Assembly: GCA_977020255.1 (NCBI GenBank)
Contig: CDROCS010005599.1
Span: forward strand, 1 to 64,000
Origin: Obrimoposthia wandeli
Taxonomy: Eukaryota
Direction of reading: 5' to 3'
DNA: 64,000 bases
Position 1 is the stretch's first letter, and each line of letters begins with the position of its first letter. The position numbers and the translations under genes are program-made. Shown here one piece after another: positions 59,818-64,000 of the stretch. The notes below the pieces were generated by a model. The model did not search any database. It had not been told where the DNA came from and saw nothing but the letters and a program-made list of their open reading frames with translations.

Positions 59818-61308
59818 TTAGCTTGGGAAAGAGAATGACGCGCCCTCTCGAACGCCTGTAGATGGCCAGCGCTGAGTGATGGTCTTGCGCTTAGTGTAAA
59901 AGCGAACCGCATCGGGGCCATAAGCGTGTAAATCACCGAACAGTGAACGCTTCCAACCGCCGAAACTATGATAAGCCACAGGTACGGGTAGGGGTACGTT
60001 AATGCCGACCATGCCGACCAGTATATTGTCACTGAAATAGCGTGCAGCCTCTCCATCGCGAGTGAAGATACAGGTGCCATTACCATATTCATGATCGTTG
60101 ATGATCTGCATCGCCTGATCCATGCTGTCAACGCGTACAATCTGTAGCACAGGACCGAAAATTTCCTCGCGATAGCTGTTCATTTCTGTGGTCACTTGAT
60201 CGATCAAGGTTGCTCCAACAAAGAAGCCCTCTGCGTATCCCGCCACTTGTGGGTTGCGCCCATCGACGACAATCTGCGCACCATCTTGTTCAGCACTGTC
60301 GATGTAACCGACAACTTTTTGCTGGTGAGCACGCGTAATAACGGGGCCAAAGTCGTTACTGCTGTCGGTGTAGGCACCGACTTTAAGGTTTTGCATTGCC
60401 AGCTGCATCTTGGCAACCAGTTCATCCGCCGCAGTATCACCGACAGCTACCGCCACAGAAAGCGCCATGCAACGCTCTCCTGAGGATCCAAATGCCGCGC
60501 CAAGTAATTGATTGACTGCATTATCCATATCGGCATCTGGCATGATGATGGCATGGTTTTTGGCGCCCCCTAAGGCTTGGCAACGTTTACCGTTGGCGCT
60601 CGCGGTGTGGTAAATGTATTCGGCAATCGGTGTCGAGCCTACAAAGCTTACCGCTTGAACTCGAGGGTCATTGAGTAGGGTGTCTACCGCTTCTTTATCG
60701 CCATTGACCACATTCATGACGCCATCGGGAAGGCCTGCTTCCTTGAGCAATTCGGCAATGAATAAGGTTGAGCTAGGATCGCGTTCAGAAGGTTTAAGAA
60801 TAAAGGTGTTACCGCAGGCGATCGCCATAGGGTACATCCACAATGGGACCATCGCCGGGAAATTAAAAGGGGTGATACCGGTGACAACGCCCAGCGCTTG
60901 GAACTCACTCCACGAGTCTATCCCGGGACCGACATTACGGCTGTGTTCACCTTTTAAATGCTCGGCGACACCGCAGGCATACTCGACGCATTCTATGCCA
61001 CGCATCAACTCTCCAGCGGCATCGTGGCTGATCTTTCCGTGTTCTTCGCCGATCAATTGGCAGATTTTGTCGCTATTCTTCTCAAGTAGTGCCTTGAAGC
61101 GAAACATCACTGCGGCGCGCTTGCCCACGGGCAGATTGCGCCAGGCGGGAAAGGCTGCTTGCGCCGCCGCGATGGCTTCTTCAACTGTCTCTTTACCGGC
61201 CAGTGCGACACGCTTTGTCACCGCGCCAGTGGCTGGATTGTAAACGTCTTGATTACGTACTGCGTCGCTGCGCAATTCGCCGTTGATTAAGTGACCTACT
61301 GTATTCAT
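59818..61308 (-). CDS. dddC: CoA-acylating (methyl)malonate-semialdehyde dehydrogenase, DddC
   Basis: TPFNFPAMVPLW, KPSERDP, FVGSTPIA, GGAKNH, SSGERCMA, GINVPLPVP. Confidence 0.88.
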   Translation of the reverse strand: MNTVGHLINGELRSDAVRNQDVYNPATGAVTKRVALAGKETVEEAIAAAQAAFPAWRNLPVGKRAAVMFRFKALLEKNSDKICQLIGEEHGKISHDAAGELMRGIECVEYACGVAEHLKGEHSRNVGPGIDSWSEFQALGVVTGITPFNFPAMVPLWMYPMAIACGNTFILKPSERDPSSTLFIAELLKEAGLPDGVMNVVNGDKEAVDTLLNDPRVQAVSFVGSTPIAEYIYHTASANGKRCQALGGAKNHAIIMPDADMDNAVNQLLGAAFGSSGERCMALSVAVAVGDTAADELVAKMQLAMQNLKVGAYTDSSNDFGPVITRAHQQKVVGYIDSAEQDGAQIVVDGRNPQVAGYAEGFFVGATLIDQVTTEMNSYREEIFGPVLQIVRVDSMDQAMQIINDHEYGNGTCIFTRDGEAARYFSDNILVGMVGINVPLPVPVAYHSFGGWKRSLFGDLHAYGPDAVRFYTKRKTITQRWPSTGVREGASFSFPS

Positions 61309-61345
61309 TATTTTTATCCTAAAAGAGTTAAAAAGTGGGCGGCGC

Positions 61346-62503
61346 TTACCAGAGTTTACGATAGAGCGTTATCAGTTCTTCACTGTCGGGGACCCGCGGA
61401 TTATTTCCAGGGGAGCCCGAGGCTAATGCTTGCTCAGCCATTTGCGGTAGCAAATCCATAAAGGTTTGTCGGTCGATACCAAATTGCTCTGGGGTAGGTA
61501 CTTGCAGTTCATCATTGATGGCAATCAGCTCGGCGAGCAATTTTTGATTGGCGCTATCAATACTATCGGTTTGCTCAGCCACGCCCATGGCACGTGCGCA
61601 ATCGGCGTAGCGCTCTGGTGCAGCAGGGATAGAATACTGTGTGACACAAGGTAGTAGCATGGCATTTGATAAGCCGTGGGGCACATGAAAAGCGGCGCCA
61701 ATAGGGCGGCTCATGCCGTGAACTAAGGCAACGGAAGCGTTGGAAAAGGCAATCCCCGCTAAGGTTGAACCCAGCATCATCTCCTCGCGCGCTTTTATAT
61801 TGCTGCCATCGTGGTAAGCGGTGCGCAGGTTGGGGGCAATTAATTTCATCGCCGCTAGCGCCTGAGTATCACTATAGGCGTTAGCTTTCTTACTCACATA
61901 TGCTTCCATCGCGTGGGTGAGTGCATCAATACCGGTGTCCGCAGTGGTACGCGCAGGTACCGATATGGTTAGTTCGTAGTCAATCAGTGCGGCGCTGGGC
62001 ATAAACCCGGTACCGACACAGAGCATTTTTTCATCGCTAATTTCGTCGGTAATAATAGTGACACGTGTCGCCTCGGAGCCTGTGCCAGCGGTTGTTGGTA
62101 TCGCAATAATAGGCAGCCCCGCCTCGGTGACAATACGCGGAAATTTGTAGTCTTTCATCTCGCCGCCAAACTTACCCAAGATACCGATGGCCTTGGCGCT
62201 GTCGATTGGGCTGCCGCCACCGAGAGCGATAATGCAGTCGTAATTCCCCGCCTGTACTTTGGCAACGCCCGCTTGGATAGAGGCAACAGTAGGTTCTGGA
62301 ACGGTGTCATCAAAGACATCTGCGGGCATATTAGCCAATGCGAGATGATCGACAATGTGAGTGGCATAGCCTAGTTGCACCATCATTTTATCGGTAATGA
62401 TCAGTGGGCGTTCGCAATGTAAGCTCTTTAAGACAGTCGCGATTTCTGCGCTCGCACCTGCACCGACTTGAAGTATCCGTGGCAAAATTATTTGACTAGA
62501 CAT
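61346..62503 (-). CDS. dddB: Iron-containing alcohol dehydrogenase, DddB
   Basis: LGGGSPIDSAK, PTTAGTGSE, DALTHAMEAY, HGMSRPIG...PHG; likely start at the ATG at 62503 (MSSQIILP). Confidence 0.85.
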   Translation of the reverse strand: MSSQIILPRILQVGAGASAEIATVLKSLHCERPLIITDKMMVQLGYATHIVDHLALANMPADVFDDTVPEPTVASIQAGVAKVQAGNYDCIIALGGGSPIDSAKAIGILGKFGGEMKDYKFPRIVTEAGLPIIAIPTTAGTGSEATRVTIITDEISDEKMLCVGTGFMPSAALIDYELTISVPARTTADTGIDALTHAMEAYVSKKANAYSDTQALAAMKLIAPNLRTAYHDGSNIKAREEMMLGSTLAGIAFSNASVALVHGMSRPIGAAFHVPHGLSNAMLLPCVTQYSIPAAPERYADCARAMGVAEQTDSIDSANQKLLAELIAINDELQVPTPEQFGIDRQTFMDLLPQMAEQALASGSPGNNPRVPDSEELITLYRKLW

Positions 62504-62684
62504 GATATTCCCATTTTTGTTTTTCAATACGCACTTATTTATACACAGAGCATCGTGCTGAGTGCGGTCACTGATCGTATCCCGAGGTTTATTTGTGTTT
62601 CTCAGCGCGAAAGGATGAAAAACTCGAACGCTATTGTTATCAATGAACAGGGTGATGAGAAGCAATGAAAATAAACCCTAAGAC

Positions 62685-62699
62685 CATAGTATTTTTATG
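62685..62699. promoter_or_regulatory. Candidate LysR (DddR) box in the dddB/dddD divergent region
   Basis: CATA-N7-TATG, a perfect T-N11-A palindrome. Confidence 0.4.
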
Positions 62700-63145
62700 C
62701 ATTGAAAAAGATCTCTCTTGAAGTTAGTCAATTATGTATTTCTCAAGAGTTACTATTTACGGTGTTGTTTTATTATTGTGCGCTACCGAATAAAATTTCA
62801 AAGCGCATGAATAGAATATGTTTCTATTTCAACTTGTTGTTTTATTGGAATTTAATATATTTAATTAAACGAGACAAAGTGAGGTTGTGTTTTTTGTTTG
62901 GCTGAAAGCGACAAATTATTATCTAATATTATTTATTTTCCACTTAATTACGAAAAGGATTCTAAATTCTAGCCATAAGAAAAATGACATCTCAGGCCTA
63001 TTTTATATTGCTGGTTACTGGCGTTTTTGAAAATTACTATTGCGCTCAATTAAGGCGTGCTGTCGGAAAACATTGTTTGCGATAGCAGTGATCAAAAACA
63101 ATAAATAGTTTTGTGCCAGACACACGAAGCAGTGAGGATAGACCC

Positions 63146-64000
63146 ATGAATAATGTAACTCAATTACCTTTGGCAGGAGTGCGGGTTGTCGATTTTGGTC
63201 AGCAAATAGCAGGGCCAGCGATAGCAATGACATTGGCAGATTTAGGGGCGACAGTAGTTCATATAGACCCGCCAACAGGGCCGCAATGGGATCACCCAGC
63301 CAATGCAGTTTTACATCGAAATAAAAGCTGCTTACGGATTGACCTTAAATGTGAGACCGGACTAACCAAAGCATTACGATTAATTGAGCATGCGGATATC
63401 GTTCTAGAAAGTTTTCGTCCAGGAGTGATGAAACGCTTAGGTATTGATTTTACGGCATTGCGTACTGAGCGCCCTGAATTAATTACCTTGAGCGTGCCAG
63501 GTTTTGCCAGCAATGATACATTGCGTCGTGAATGGAAAGCGACGGAATCCATTGTCGCGGCTACGTCGGGAGCCTATACCGATATGGGCTTTAATCGAAT
63601 ATTAATGGGGCTAAATCCCAGTTACTCTCCCCTGCCACTAGGCTCATCATATGCTATTTCTCTGGCAACTAGTTCTGTTGTTTTAGCATTGTTGAACCGT
63701 GAAAAAACAGGGCGCGGTGATGAGATTGAAGTGCCGGTAGTCGCCGCATTAATGGAGGGATTATCTTACAACTCATATGTGATTGAAAATCTGCCTGATC
63801 GTTACAAAACGATGCGTGAACATGAAATAGAACACCGCAAGAGCAGCGGGATTGAGATGGACCTAAGTTACCCTGATTTGCAAGAATACTTAGATCCTTT
63901 CTATCGTACTTATAAGTGTGCAGATGGACGCATGTTTTATTGTGTTTGCCCATCTCATCGAAATCATGCCAAACGTGCACTTAAAGCGCTGGGTGTTTAT
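63146..64000 (+). CDS. dddD: DMSP CoA-transferase/lyase DddD (class III CoA-transferase), partial, runs off the window and is absent from the ORF track
   Basis: Hand translation MNNVTQLPLAGVRVVDFGQQIAGPAIAMTLADLGATVVHIDPP...TDMGFNRILMGLNPSYSPLPLGSSY...LDPFYRTY closely matches my recollection of Marinomonas DddD; GAGGA RBS. Confidence 0.92.
   Translation, partial: MNNVTQLPLAGVRVVDFGQQIAGPAIAMTLADLGATVVHIDPPTGPQWDHPANAVLHRNKSCLRIDLKCETGLTKALRLIEHADIVLESFRPGVMKRLGIDFTALRTERPELITLSVPGFASNDTLRREWKATESIVAATSGAYTDMGFNRILMGLNPSYSPLPLGSSYAISLATSSVVLALLNREKTGRGDEIEVPVVAALMEGLSYNSYVIENLPDRYKTMREHEIEHRKSSGIEMDLSYPDLQEYLDPFYRTYKCADGRMFYCVCPSHRNHAKRALKALGVY

Noticed and set aside
485-63980. Many short ORFs antisense to or nested in longer genes (e.g. 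485-721, 29828-30142, 47147-47641, 60671-61243, 63015-63980)
   Set aside because: They shadow well-supported genes and show no recognisable motifs.

Overview
Accessory region of a bacterial genome, probably a marine gammaproteobacterium (inferred from protein families). It is rich in catabolic and regulatory modules. Left end: a LysR gene with three copies of a shared 51-nt upstream element. The element links a truncated cNMP-domain/aspartase fusion, a flavin monooxygenase-Rid-DUF1028 operon and a PotABCD-like ABC importer. Next come an MCP, an orphan TRAP-type lipoprotein with a PAS-GGDEF-EAL protein, chrBA, and several LysR-plus-detox modules. A complete trigonelline (tgn) degradation cluster with a BCCT transporter is followed by catalase. 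An AT-rich block (about 44.7-54.2 kb) encodes a 2225-aa kinase-like/AAA/GAF/HK/REC/REC/Hpt hybrid and a REC-GGEEF cyclase. An IclR-controlled operon holds a 2,4'-dihydroxyacetophenone-dioxygenase-family cupin, an SDR and an aminotransferase, with signs of decay. A DMSP cluster (dddR, dddC, dddB, dddD) runs off the right edge beside an internally deleted BCCT. I found no rRNA, tRNA, CRISPR array, integrase or transposase. All family calls come from motif recognition by eye; no database search was run.
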